Positions 22,299 through 36,690 of a stretch of DNA of 64,000 bases are shown here, piece by piece. Below the pieces are notes generated by a model. The model saw only the letters and a list, made by a program, of their open reading frames with translations. It was not told the DNA's origin and did no database searches. Where the stretch lies: NCBI GenBank assembly GCA_043228905.1, contig JBHGNT010000014.1, positions 20,646,001 to 20,710,000 on the forward strand. The letters are read 5' to 3'. Position numbers and translations under genes: made by a program. The stretch comes from Azolla caroliniana. Taxonomy: Eukaryota > Plantae > Polypodiophyta. Each line of letters opens with the position of its first letter. Positions within the stretch are counted from its first letter, which is position 1.

Positions 22299-25200
22299 TC
22301 ATGCAAACTGGTATGAAGCAAAGCAATAGCCACTTTGCCCCTCCATAAGGGCCTTTAGCTCTAGCTTTTGAAAGGGACTGCAAAGTAACCAAATTTGTTA
22401 ATGTCGCCAAGAACAATATCATCAATAGAAGACTGATATATTTTATGGAGGCCATACGTGCTGTTTGGATCGTAGTAGAATCCATCAACAGAGCCATCAC
22501 TTCGAGAAAAACATACGTAGTAAAATCCAGCAATTGTCAATCCACATTCAGCACCAACATTCACAAAGAACTTCTCCTTCCACCTCTGGAAAAACATTAA
22601 AGGATAATAAATGTGCTCAAGTTTATCTGCATTAAAGCTTTCCCTACAATCTTTATGAACTGTTTCTCTTCCAAAAAGGAGCCACAATATCATCTCTCTC
22701 AGCTGATGGGGGTATTTCTTTTGACTTTGTGATGCATAATATATGTCCATAACCAATAAATGAGCCATAAATCATTGTGTAGGTGTAGGTGTTGGAATCC
22801 ATTGAACTGTTAAGTCATCTCCTGAGATGCTTTGGGAGGTCCCTAGACACCTAAGAGTGAAACCCAGCTTAACTACACATGCCTTTGTGGCCAGCAGCCA
22901 TATTTGTTCATGAATGTGGAGAGCTTTCTGTCCTGTCCAGTTCAAAATAATTGGCTCCACATATCATGATAGTCGACAGTTGTACATGAAATATCAAAAT
23001 TCCCCGAGTACTAATACTAAAGAGGATGAGAATCCACAGTGAGGTCACAGCTAAAGAGGATATTTATCAACCTCCAAAGTTCATTCCCATCTAAAAGCTT
23101 GCTTTGTATTTTCCAAGGAACTGTCAATCTGTGACTTGCCACCGGTAAAAAATCTCTCCAAAATGTCAATTCCTTCACCTGAACTCTCAGCAGTTGTCAG
23201 CCTGTCATAGGTTTTGGAGCCCATTTTCAAGGGTACCATTCATGGTGTGTGTCAGATATGCGGAAACCTAGAGAATGCCAAGGTGTGTAATGAATGAAAA
23301 AACTGCAAAGTGATATAAACATGATATGAAAATATATACGTGTGCTGACTCATTTGTGAAATGTATGTATGCATGTGGAAGGTCGATTGAGCATTGTGTT
23401 CAATCACTAGGATCTGAAAACATCAAAGATACTAAAGGTGTCCCTTGCCCATGAGATAATCAGCCCAATTTGCTCATGCATGGAGAATATCGTTCATTTC
23501 TATTGATGATGACATCCTGCTATCTTCATCCCCTTATAGATAACAGGATGATGACTAAATAGTAAACTCTTATGAACAAGTGCCTAACATAATTCATAAA
23601 TCCCTCTTGTATCCCCTTATATCCGACATTCATGCTCTTCTTCTGCAATATTCATAACAACAGGTTTCTCCATATCATTAATCCTGGCAGTATCTCCTAC
23701 GTAGAATAATAATGGGTCTCATGTGAGTTTGTTGTATCTTTTGATACATATCTATATGGTCTCCACATCTTTGCTCACAACTGTGAGCATCTCCAGCACC
23801 CATATACTACACCCATTGATTCCCATAAGCATCCTATAGCCTTCCTGGGTCATACTGCTTGTGTCTCCTACACACAAGTGTCTACATGTCCCTATGATCA
23901 ACCTTTACCTCATCACATCCTCATCTCCACATTCTCAATGTTTATGCATCATAGCATCTAGCCTTCTCGGCTTGTGTCACATGTATCTCATAGGCACTCA
24001 ACCATTTACACATCAATGTGCACACAATTTATAGCTTACAAGGAATCCATTTATTTATTTTCTCCCTCAAAGGATATCATCATCAGATGAACTTTTAAGT
24101 TTACCATGAAGAAATAAGGGTAATTTGCCAAATCCAGGGAGCGTCCCCCATCTTTTTGCACATCTACCTGTACACATATCACACTTTTCTCAGTTTGTAA
24201 TACATCACTTAAAATATATAAAATGGGAATTGAAATAATTCAACTTAGAAGTTAAGAAAATAAATTTATTTATCAAGTTGGAATCAATGATAACACCCCT
24301 TTCAAATACTGAACATGAACTCCCAGCCTTATACTAAACTCTATGATCTTTGCTTTTTAGCAATATATTAGCATAACATGGACATTTGCATAGGCAAAAC
24401 ACAAATCTTTGGAAGTATATAGTTCTTATTCTTCAGTATTTCTCACATCTGCCTTGAGCATTGTACATCTTTAATATAATATTCAATTTCTCATATGTTG
24501 TATATTTACGGAGGTTGTACAGCTTCCTAGGGGCTCAAATCTTAAAAACCAAAATTTGCAATGCCTACATGATGGAACTAGGTATCATTGGCATATAGCC
24601 AGCTCCTTGCCCATTCAAATATTAGGTCAGCCAATTAAAGAAGAAACCGTGGTTATTGATTGTTCTACTGAAATTTCTAAGAAAATAAGGTTTTTCAATA
24701 CAATTGTTTCACAATTTATGCCTTCTAATGTATGATGCATGTATGAATGGCAAAATTGCACATTTATCATTAGAATGAACACATTCTTTCTTTTAAACAT
24801 ACTTATTATTTATTGTAACAAGTTCATGAGAATACTCATTTATCGTTAGAATGAACACATTCTTTCATTTAGAAATACTTGTATTTATAGTAAGTTTCGC
24901 AGCAATTGCCCCATTAGCAGGATAGAGAACTGAAAATGAACTTACTGACCCGAAGAGGTTCGAATGCAGGAAATTTTGACCAATGCTGCACATCAGTTTC
25001 TTGACTACAAGAAGTATCGTGTTTTAGAGTTTCTTCTCTCTAATGTGTCACTATTGGAAATACAAGAAAGTAATTTTAACTTACTTTGCTTCCCATTGTC
25101 CAGTATAAAATGTAAAGTTCCTATTGTCAACTATTTCCCCCTCCCAAAAAGTAACCACCTGCAAAGATAAGATATTCCATAACTGATCCTAGCAAACCAA

Positions 25201-27180
25201 TAAACAAACAACACTCACATTAGGAAAGCAATACATACAGGAATTTCTGCAGAAGGGACATTCAAAGCTTCCATACTACCACAAAGATATCCTCGCTGGA
25301 TATCACAACCTTGAAGGCGCACCTTAACTTTCCAAGCTTCATCCTTTCGAGAATTTCCTGAATTTGAGACATTTTGTGTTCCTGTGAAGGCCTGTAGATT
25401 GAAGTTGTTAGATCTACAAAGGATTGAATATTAAGAAAAACATTATGATGAGTTTTAACATAGTGATATACTAAGAATGACTAGATCAAGAGGGGAGAAT
25501 GCGATTAGATGGAATAAAAACTTGTGATAACTTGCATTGTGGCTAGGCTTTCGGCTATTAGATGATGTCTTCATAGAACAATTATCATTGGACCTGTATT
25601 ACAGAAATGAAATGGAAGCATGATAATAGCCACAATTATTGTGATGCATGATATTTCACTGAACTGTTCACAATTTGATGGTGAATCCTAAATTTGTTTT
25701 AAGTTGGAACAGCCAGAGGGCATATTGGTAGGTAGTGTGGGGGAGATTTTTCTTTATTAGTTGGTCCATTTTCGTTTCATTGATGAGATCATAAGAAATT
25801 AAGACAAAATACAATTAATTTCATAGAAAATCAGCTCAGATTTTGACAATTTTATAAATATTTCCAACCTAGTTAAAAATAGAATTGCCATTCATCCCAA
25901 CCACTGCAGAATGAATCTAACGCTTTTGATAAAAAGAAGACTAACTCAACTAAAAACGTCAATGAGTGCTGCTTTAACTTTCTGGGAAAATGGATGCCTC
26001 TTCTTTCCTCTCATGTCTTTCAATGTCGATCTATGATAGCAAATCATCAGAAAAGAACCAAAAAATCTTTTGAAAACATTCTATTAAAAGAACCAAAAGA
26101 TTTGAATGGGGATTCTTCCAATTTCCTTTCAGGTAATTTTCCATCATTAAAATGGTGAAAGAGAAACCACTTCAATTTCTATTGCATGTTTGAAAAATGA
26201 TCAATGAGATAATTCTTTAGCTTCTACAAAAGGGGAGCTATCTTTCCCCCCCTTCCATCCTAACTCTGAAGTTCTCTATAACGCCATCAAATTCTATAAA
26301 AATGGAAAATTTTCTTCTTTTTCCCATTCTTTATCATGGGACTATCCACAACGCTTTCAAATTCTATAAAACGAAAATTTCTTCTTTCCCACACTTGCAC
26401 CTTTAGATGCGTTCTTTGATATCTTATCATCTGACAAAAAAAGTGTCATGCATGCAGATTTCTTAATCTGTTGCTTTGTGATCTAGCTGATGTCCATCAT
26501 AAATAGAAGAAAAAGAACATTAGAGAGCTCAACTTTCTAAATTTCAGAGTGGTAAATGGCTTGAAGTTGTAACCTTAGTAAAATTACGGTTGCCATTAAT
26601 ATTTCCCATCTGCTGCAAAGTGAGTAAATACAGATACAACAATGACTTGAAGTACTAGACCTTAGTTCGCAAAAATTAAGGTTGCCTACCATTGGATAGC
26701 CTTAGTAAACATAACGGTGTTCAACTTTTGCATCGTTTTTGCTTTTTTGCACCTTGTTATGAGGTATTGAGGGTCTCTATTAAGCTTAACAGACAAACAA
26801 TTGAGATACAGGTGGATTTCTGCCTTTCTTTCTCTCCAAAGATTCCCTCTAAATATTTATCAAATGAGACCACATAATACAGTGATAAGCACGTGTAACT
26901 CTCCCTCCCTCTGTCCCTCTCACATACACATGAATGCACATCTAACCAATCTTCTTATTAAACAAAACAGGAATCTTATCTAACTTAGGGAAATTCCTTC
27001 CTTTTACAATTTTCTACAGAATTTTTGGTCGTGATTGTAGCTAGAAAACTTTAGCTTCCATAGATCTGTCTACTACTGCTAAAGCATAATAGCTTGTCGA
27101 AGAGGAAATGCAAAGAAGAAGAAGAAAACCTGTCCGACTGTGAGGAAGGTGCAGGGAGGAGGAAGCGCCTGGCCGGGCAT
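22299..27180 (-). CDS. GID4: GID4/VID24-like substrate receptor of the GID/CTLH E3 ligase; exons 27180-27130, 25391-25239, 25158-25085, 25004-24950, 24167-24105, 22585-22458, 22377-22299
   Basis: The spliced product reads MPGQALPPPCTFLTVGQ-AFTGTQNVS..GYLCGSMEALNVP-VVTFWEGEIVD..FYTGQWEA-HWSKFPAF-NYPYFFM-RWKEKFFV..GLTIAGFYYVCF..GFYYDPNS-PFQKLELK. All introns are GT-AG. The start codon is less certain. Confidence 0.88.
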
Positions 27181-28046
27181 CTTCTTTTAAGACTTCGTCG
27201 TCAACGTCTGCGGTAATGTCATCTGAAGAAGAAGAAGAAGAAGAAGAATGCACATACACATGTATACATAAATACTATATATGTATACATATATCATATG
27301 TATGTATGTATGCATGTACGTATGTATGTATGTATATATAATATATGTGTATATGTATATATACATATACGTATACATAAAAAGACATGTAGGTCCTAAC
27401 TAGCCTCTCCCACCCCTCGCTTGGTTTTCATTCCCCATCATAAGAAGTGAACACCTTGCTTGTATCGTAGAAGAAATTGCCGCAAACATGAATGTTCGAA
27501 TGGGAAGCTCCCTTCCAACTGAAAAACTTGATAAGGAGTAACTTCGCTTCTTGGAAGTAAAAAATGTCATCATTCCTTATTAGGGTTAAATAAACAAAAA
27601 TTTGGAGAATAGTTAGAAGCAATTAGGGTTTAGTATAAAGTTTTGGTAGTTCTACAATAATATCATAACAACAATTTTACACATTTTATGAAAGTGTTGA
27701 AAGTCCCATATATATTAAAAAATGATCATTGGTGATCTAATAATATTCAAAGTTTTTGTTGCGTTCCTTGATGTGATGTTCTGGTGTGCAACACTTATCT
27801 CTTTTTGTATTGAATTAGTGCCTATCGTTGCAACAATAATTCTACTAGCCAATGCATTCATAATGCAAAGGTGCTTTGTATGCATGATCATCATGATCAT
27901 AACCACAATAGCTACTATGAACTTCCCAAATTGTAGCCACAAGTTGGGTTGGCCATCTCACAATAAAATTCCACCTTTGTTAAACTTAGAATTTGTTTTT
28001 TTTCTAATGTATGGGTGTTAAGTGACAATTGGACATCTCTCATCGA

Positions 28047-28100
<54 letters not shown>

Positions 28101-28204
28101 ACGAGAGAGACTTGATCCCAAAGAAATTTGATCATTTACCTCTATAAACCAAAGAGCAACCATGGGTTGATTGGCATTTATGGGGTCAAACATTGTTTTT
28201 ACAA

Positions 28205-28783
28205 GCTACTACTAATCCCTGTATCATTGTTTCATTGAGTCTCTTCAATGATTATCATCCAAGGTTGAACAAGAATGGAAGGTACATAAGCCGGATTATG
28301 GATAATAGTAGATCTTGAAACATAGTTGACATTCAAAATTACCAATTGTATAATGAATGTCTTTTCATCTAGAGAGTATTGGTTAGGGGTTTTCTTGTGG
28401 GATTAACTCTAAAGCGATGTGGACTAGCAATAGGCAACTTCTTCTTTTGCATTGCTCAAATGGAAGATAGTACACATCATCTCATACAATGTCTCATGGC
28501 TTGTCAAATTTGGAGTTAAATTTCTCAAATTTAGCAAGTTTTGTCACATTTTTATTTGATAGCAAGACAATGGGTGATTGAACAATTTACATGGGTTGAC
28601 CCAAATTAGAGATGGAGATTGTTTTCCTACTTGTGAGATATTAGGAATTCCGTCATAAATGGAGTATGTGGAATGCTTGGTATTTGATGTTAGGAATGGA
28701 GTCTAAGCATATCTACGAAAGTTGAAGGGAGTACTAATATGACAATTTTATTTTTGGAGCCCGTAAAAATTCCTTTCTCAATG
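28205..28783 (+). mobile_element. Old LINE 3'-end remnant (zf-RVT-like), split by the L1 insertion; continues at 34776-35110
   Basis: FFCIAQMEDSTHHLIQC..CQIWS. A homologous inverted copy lies at ~36005-36690. Confidence 0.7.
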
Positions 28784-28841
28784 AATATTAGAACATTGAA
28801 ATAGAAAAAAGTAGTGTTGAGCTAGGGTTGTGACAGAGACG

Positions 28842-30283
28842 ATGCCTGAGACGATAGAGGCGACAACATCAAGAAGGGATTCCAGTGAACTCCCCTTCGT
28901 AATTCAGCCAATCGCAGATCTGGTCGTCGATGTAGCCGTGTCGACAGAGGTGCAACAGGAGGTATAGGCTGAAATAACTCGTCTGCGTCAAGTGTTGGTG
29001 GTGGTGCATGTCATCGGTGGCCGTCCTAGTCGTGGGGAGTTGCGTCACTTGCTGCAGGCGCGATTTCAAGAAGAGCTATCTAGGGTTGTGGATATTCAAT
29101 TTTTAGGGAAAGGATGCTATCATGTCGAGTTTCTAGTTGCGAAGATTGTGATGAAGCTACTTCGAATAGGATCTACAAGGATTAATGGAATTCAGATGCA
29201 TTTCTTGCAATGGGAGCCTGGGTTTAACCTAAATGCAGTTAGTGAACATCTATCTAATTACTTTGTTTTTTCTGTCATGTTTCCGGGTTTACCAAAAGAA
29301 TGGAGACCAGTGATGCCACATATGGCCTCATCGATTGGTCAATTAATTGATGAAGAATCTGATGTAATGCGATATATGGTTGGGAATCTCAACCTTCCAT
29401 ATATAAGATTAGTTGGACATAAAGGCATGACATTACCCACATATGTTAGGTTGCCCGTTATGTTTCAGGCCCAACCGAGGGTCCAAAGAGTTAAATATTC
29501 TAGACTTCCTAATCAATGTTTTAATTGTAATTGTATTGGCCATGTGGTTAAAGATTATCATGTTAGAGATGATAATATTAGATAAAAGCATTATGTTAGT
29601 AACACAAATGGTGAAGGTTGGACGGAAGGCAGGAGGAAGTATGGTAGGAAATCCTTGAAGAGGACATATTATGATGTTGGGGTAACTTCTAAAAAGACAC
29701 CAAATGCAAGTCATGATAGTCCACAAGTTAATCAATCAGATTTACAAATAATCCCTTTTAATAATAATGATGTACAAAGTGGTAGAGAGGAGGATTATGA
29801 TATTGTAAGTTCTATGAAGGAGAAGCCCTTGAAGGGAGGGAATGATCATGAACAGATGATAACTTTCGAACCCTCCTCATTACAAGGTGAGGCTAATATG
29901 GAGTTAGCGATGACCCAGGTAGAAAAGACTGAAGGGATCACATCTGTGATATCATTGGAGGAGGGTTTTATGAACGGTTCGCACTACTCTGGAAGGTTAA
30001 CTAGGGCTAAAACAAAGGCCTTAACAAACCATGGTAAGATGCACAAGGATTCATGCTTGAAAAATCGGTTGTGCAATCATATACTATGGTTATAAATGGA
30101 GGTGTGATGGTGGATGGAAAGAGCACACTCTCTTCCTCACTAAAGAAGGATTCCTACGCAGAAGTTGTGGCTAGGAAACCTTGGAAAGGATTTAAGATTG
30201 CTAGACAAATTACTAAGCCTAAGAGAGCAACAGTGGAGGAGAAGAGGATGAAAGGTAAACAACTTTTGTTAGCCTATGAATAA
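28842..30283 (+). pseudogene. LINE ORF1 (DUF4283-like region + zinc knuckle), with stops and frameshifts
   Basis: LGKGCYHVEF..FLQWEPGF..FPGLPKEW..IGQLI..YSRLPNQCFNCNCIGH. Confidence 0.8.
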
Positions 30284-33200
30284 TTTTCGCATTGTATCAT
30301 GGAATGTTCAAGGATTGGGTGGTGCACAAGCACAAAAATTTAAGGCTAGACTAAGACAAAATTTACATAAAAGCTTCATGAGGTCTGTAGATATAGTTTT
30401 TCTACAAGAACATCATTTGAGTTCCACAAGGATTGATTCTTATGGGTCCTTGTTTACTGGTTCATGGGCCCATTTTTGGAGTCCCACAATTGGCGAATCG
30501 CACAATAAAGCTGGTGTTTGTATAGCATTAGCCCAGAAATGGTATTCTCATGTGATTGACTATAAGATTTTAGTGGAAGGAAGAGTGCAATTTATTATTT
30601 TAGAAATCCAAAATCTACAATTGGGTTTTATGAATGTATATGCTCACAATGCAGCAACAGATAGGAGGAGGTTGTGGTCTTATATGTGTGATACTTTACC
30701 CCAGGTGGATCATTGGTGTATGGCCGGAGATTTTAATATGATTGAGGATAAGTTAGATAGAAGTGGGGGTAGCCAAGCTGTTTTATATGGTTCAGAATTA
30801 AGCTTTTGGGAGAGGTTGTGCTTTAAGTATGGTTTTCAAGATACTTGGTGCTCTCCCTCTTTTAGCAAACATGTTGAATCTTTGCAATTCTCTAGATCAG
30901 ATAGACGGTTATTAGGTGCTAATATATCTTCATTAGACAAATTCTATGCTGATGACTTCTTTATAGCATTGGAGGATCATTACAAATATTAGCTGGGACA
31001 ACTTTCTCAGATCACTCACCTCTTATTGTTACTTTGAAAAAAGTGGAAAAAAGGAAGTCCTTTAGGACACCTATACCCTCTTCCTTGTATGTGGATGTTA
31101 CCCTTAGAGGAGAAGTTTTAGCCATTTGGAAGGATACAGATGTATCGCAATTGATGGTGTGTGATAGAGTTGCAAATGCAATTGTTAAAGTTAGTAATTG
31201 GTTTGGTACAAAAGCAAAGGAGGAAAGGTGTTAACTCAAAACTAAGATCTTGAGTATGAAACGAGTGGTTACTTCTTTGCAACACTTTCAGCAACGGATG
31301 CCATGGGCTACGTGGGTGATGTTATAATTAAATAATGCAAAGGATAAGCTCGGTAAATTACAAGATAATTGGGTTCAATACACTTATAATGCATTTGCTG
31401 CAAAGTGGGCACAAGTGGGGGATAAAGTGTCCGCTAATTTTTTCAAATTTGTAACTCCAAAAAAAACTTGTAATGGGATGAAACAACTACAGAGGGATGA
31501 TGGATCCATTACTGAGGATGCCGGAGAAATGAGGGATATTGCTACAAAATTTTATAGTAGTCTATTGACTGCTGAATGTTTTACACTGGATCAATTGGAG
31601 AGACAGAGAGTTGTGTGGCAGTCCATGCATGCATGGGTTTCACTCAATATGATAAATGTTTTGGTTAAACCGATTTCGGTTTTTGAAGTAAAGGTTGCTT
31701 TGGATGCAATTGGCTCCCATGTATGCCCTGGTACCGATGGACTCTCAGCTGATTTTTTCCGGAATTATTGGGAGTTTATTGGGACTGATATTACTGTTGC
31801 ATTTCAGGAGGTATTTGACACTGGATTTATGCCTAGTAAGTGGACCGAAGGCATGATTTATCTTATTCCTAAGCTGGAAGGGGTAGTGGCTGATATTAGG
31901 AAGTGGCAACCAATAACTATATTGAATACTATTTACAAAATATATGCTAAGTTATTGGCTATAAGATTGCAACCTTTTTTATCGGACATCATTCATAACA
32001 CCCAAACAGGATTTTTACAAGATAGGAGTATATTGGATAACATTTTTTTATTTTGGGAAGCAGTTGCAATTTCACAAGAAAGGAAAGACGATTTAGCCAT
32101 CTTATTGTTGGATTTCGAAAAGGCCTATGACATAGTAGATTGGTCTTTTTTGAGGGGTACCATGGAAAAGTTGGGTTTTCCTAATCAATGGTTAACGGTT
32201 GTCTCCGCTCTTTATAACTCAGCTACTAGTAGGGTATTAGTAGATGGAGAGTTAGGCCAAGCATTCGTAATTTCGAGGTCAGTGAGATAGGGATGTCCGC
32301 TGGCTCCTTTTTTATATTTGATGATTGGAGAAGCGTTTAGTAATTTTCTTACAAGTAATACTATGAATATAAAAGGGCTACAATGGCCATGGTTAGAGGA
32401 GCAAGTTGTGGATTGTCAATTTGTTGATGATACAACCTTGTATTTGCAAGGTTCTAGCAACAATCTTTCTAGAGTACAACATGCTATCGATACATTTTGT
32501 TATGCTTCGGGAACTATTATTAATTAGAATAAATCGGTGGGGTTCTGGGTAGGTAACACAGTAAACCCTTTGTGGTGCCCACAAGAAGGGTTTCAATGGA
32601 TTCCACATGGGAAACCTATAAGATGCTTGGGGTACCAGGTAGGTATTAATATTTCGCCGGAAGATCATGTAGCTCCTTTGTTGCTTACTATAAGGAAGAA
32701 ATTGTTATATTGGAATACTGCTAAATTGTCATTGGCAGGAAGGGTTGTCAATGCCAATCAAGTATTGTTGGCCTCCATGTGGTACATTTTATCGTCTTGG
32801 TTGTGCTCACGTTCTGCTTTATCGCAAGTACAAAGGCTTATTAGGAATTTTCTTTGGGGATCTAAAGATTGTTCTTATGTGAGAGCCAAGGTATCTTGGA
32901 AAGTTATTACAACTCCAAAGGATGAAGGTGGTCTTGGTTTGATTGACCCTCTTTTACAATGTAAGGCTTTAGTGGGGAAATTTATTATAAGAGGTTTGTT
33001 GCCTGGTGGGGAGCCTTGGATAAAAATCTTAAGGCAGAGAATGGTTAAAGTTGTGCCTTCTACCGGTGGCAATTGGAAAGATAGTATTAGATAGTGGTTT
33101 TTACGAGATTTTAACCAGTCCATTGATATTTTTCACCAAGATAAGTTTTTGCGAGGTATCATGAAGGCATGGTGGGACTTGAAACAATACTTAGTCCAAT

Positions 33201-34640
33201 CTCTACCATCATGTAAGGAGGAATGGTTGCGTCAACCCCTCATACTGAACCCACTATTTACATCAGAAGATGGGGTAATGTTAGGGAAGAGAACTAGGTT
33301 GAATTGGGTTGACTTTGATAAAGGTGAAGCTATGTCAGTTGGGAATTGGCTGACTTTTTCTTCTTCAGCAATGGAAAACAAAACCCAAGTTTGTAGGGCA
33401 ATTTGGGAAGAGGGAATATTATGTATTCAGAAATGGATAGAGTCTTTACAAGATCTTCCTTTCAACCTTCTCAAATTAGTATGTTTTGGTATGGTATGTT
33501 TTCATCCCTTCATGTATTATTGGGGGTTAGGGGTTATAAAAACTTTCACGAATGCTTGTACTTCGATGTTTTGTCTTGTGGACAACTGCATTCTTTCTTT
33601 GTGGAAGACGAAATTGTAACTCGAGGGAATAGGTTGCCTATTCGTGTATTATGGAAGAAAGATAAAAAATGGATATTGAACCCACATCCAAATGATGTAA
33701 ACAATCTCTCTAATTTATGGGTCTATGAGACTAAGCCCATTGATAGCCTTTTGTGGGATCCTGGTGAGTGGAAATAGCAAATCAGATCAGCGCAAGGAAT
33801 GTTAGGTAAGCAAATCCCATTCTTTCAGTATTCGGTAAAAATGGGTAGAGAAATGCTAAGGAGAGGTGTGACTATTACACCAACAGCTTGTAAATTTTGG
33901 AGACTTGGTAATGTAACAGATTCTTGGTTGAATGCTTATTGGAAATGGTTATGGGCCATGCAAATTCCTAAAAAGGTCGTGTTATTTAAATGGTTGTTGA
34001 TACATTATGCCATTCATGTGAAGTCATGGATGCGGAGACATTGTCAAGATTTAAAATGTGGCAGTTACAGTGGTTTTCCCATTGAATCGATTTACCATGT
34101 TTTATGGATATGTCCTATTGCTAGAGCAGTTTGGAAAAGAATGTTGAGAATGTTATATCCTATTTATGGTAGACAGGTGTACACATGGGGTTTTGTGAGA
34201 TGGGGAAGATTGGCTAAGGAAATTCAAAACTTTGAAAAGGAGTATGGTGAGTTCCTTCTCCTCTCCGATGGGAGACATGTATTGGAGATCTTGGATATTA
34301 CATCAGTTCGTTGTTTGGAAGAGGATATGGTCTGGTCTACAATATCTTCTCTAGTCGTTTGGGTATTGTGGAAGGCTAGATGTAAATGTGTATTTCAGAA
34401 AGTTAAACAGAATGCAGTTAACTTAGTCAAAGAGGTATGGTTAATGCTCGTACACACTTTAAGAGGTCAATATGATGCAATAACTGGTGAGCCTGAGGTT
34501 GTGATTCGTAGACAACAACAGTTTTGAGAAATTTGGAAAAACGTTGAGGTTTTCATCTCTTTTGGAGAAAGAATAAAGTGGAGATATGCTCCATCATGAT
34601 GGCTTTTTCCACCCCCCGTCTTGGAACAACTTCCATGAGG
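30276..34640 (+). pseudogene. LINE ORF2 (APE endonuclease, RT, zf-RVT), multiple stops
   Basis: IVSWNVQGL, FLQEHH, NVYAHN, AGDFN, SDH, PGTDG, WQPITILNTIYKIYAK, LLDFEKAYD, R*GCPLAP, QFVDDT, LSLAGRVV, ESIYHVLWICP. Confidence 0.92.
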
Positions 34641-36004
34641 GCTTGTGATACTTGACATTCTGGTTGATGTGGATATAACGGTTGTAATATATTGTATGAA
34701 TTCGATGTAGCCTTTTGGCATCTTTCCATTAATACCAAGGTGAACCTTCTTTAAAAATTAAATAAATAAATAAAATCCTTTCTCAATGGAGTGTTTGTCA
34801 AGCCTATTAGCAATTTAACTTGTCCCACTACCGGTGCAACGGTAACCATACTCAATTGTCGTACCATTGTAGTGTTTTTCACACATATTTATTAATGTAA
34901 TTCAAAGAGAGGAAGGAGAGAGTACTTATAATGTAACAAATATCTTTGTTAGAGTACTAATGTGAAAATTTTCTTTATTGGAGCAAGTACAAATTCTTTC
35001 CTTGGTGACGCATTTGTCTTGCCTATTGGTGATTGAACTTGTCCCACTACCCTTCTAGTTATTGGTGACCACACTCAATTGTGGTACCATTGTAGTGTTT
35101 TTCACACACATTTATTAATATAATTGCGTGTTATCACCAACAAAATAAATGGAGAACGAGATAACATTATAATGAGTTATTAAAGTAAATCTTTAAACCC
35201 TTATACCCTTCCCAAGTGTAAATAGGAGATAGATGTAACAAGATGTATACATAATGGTGTTTGTCTTGCCTATTGGCGATTGAACATGTGCCACTACCCT
35301 TGTAGTTAGTTTTGACATTATAATGGGGTATTAAGGTAAATCTTTAAACCCTTATACCCTTCCCAAGTGTAAATAGGAATGTAATACAGGCCATCGAACA
35401 GGCTTTTGTAGTGGAGTAGATTGTATATTCTAAAGGTATAGTATAATCCAATCGACATATAGATATAAATTCCTAGAACAGTGCAAGGGAGACTTTCAAT
35501 CCCATATTAAAATAGGATAAGATAGTCGATGTTGAAAAGGAGTTTAAGAGGAAAATAAGATTGGAATAGAGGATATCTAGAGAGTGTGGGTGATGGAAGC
35601 TGAATTGTTGTATTATCATTACTAGTAACTACATACGAAGTGCATTTTCTCACCTTGTTGGATTGAGATAGAGAAACTCCAAACATTGTTCTTACATAGA
35701 CAATTGGGAGTCAAATCCTCAACATCGGTGTTTGACCCATAGAGGTACTCGTCATGAAAGAGCACAAAATTCAAGAAAATTATCATCGATTGCCAAAACA
35801 AGCTTGGAACATAAGATGCAAGGTATAAAAGCTAGTAAGAGTTACATACAAGGTGATTTGTGGATTTCGTCTCATATCTCAAAATGGGCCTCCTCATGGA
35901 TGATAAAACATATATTCTACTCTCTCTCTCTCTCTCTCTCTCTGGTGAAAACACACAATTATATTCATAAATGTGTGCGAAAACAACTACTTATAATGGG
36001 TGTC

Positions 36005-36690
36005 ACAATGGAGTATAGTTACCCACTAACCACATGGGTAGTGGAACATGTTGAATTGCCAATAAGCAAGACGAACACTCCACTAAGGAAAGAATTTCCA
36101 CTTGCACCAATAAAGAAAATTCCCACATTAGTATTCCCTTCAACTTTTGTATTTGATGGTAGGCATAGAGTCTACCATCAACTTTTGTATTTGACGATTT
36201 GACTCTATGCCTACCATCAAATACAAAAGCATTGTGCATATACCAATTATGACACAATCCCCAAAACCTCATAAATAAGAAAACGATCTCCATCTCTGAT
36301 TTATGTCAACCTTTCTGAATTGTGCAAACATTCAATGTCTTTGGCGTCAAGTAACATAACAATAAAACTTGGTAAATTTGAGAAATGTGACTCCGAATGT
36401 GGCAAGCAATCCGACATTGTATGAAACAATGAGTACTATCTTCCATTTGAACTGTGCAAAAGAAACAATTGCCCATTGCTAGTCCACGTCGCTTTAGAGC
36501 TAATCCCAAAGGCAAACCCCAATCAAAACTCTCCAAATGAAGATCTTTGCTACAAGTGACAATTTAGAATGATAACTACATTTTCAGATTTACCACCATC
36601 CATGGCCAAAGTTATGTATTTTCCATTCTTCTTTAGCCTATTGAAGAGACTCAATGAAGCAATGATACATAAGATTAATAGTCACTTGCA
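36005..36690 (-). mobile_element. Second (inverted) copy of the old LINE 3' remnant
   Basis: GLPLGLALKRRGLAMGNCFFCTVQMEDSTHCFIQC. It aligns by eye with 28205-28783 plus 34776-34890. Confidence 0.7.

Larger units (their letters stand above)
28784..34775 (+). mobile_element. Full-length, inactivated L1-clade LINE (~6 kb)
   Basis: 13-bp TSD TCCTTTCTCAATG (28771-28783, 34776-34788), (TAAA)n/A-rich tail at 34753-34775, and both ORF1 and ORF2. Confidence 0.9.

Noticed and set aside
27041-27378. ORFs MYVHSSSS... and MYTYMYIY...
   Set aside because: Derived from microsatellites. GID4 homology lies in a different frame starting at 27180.
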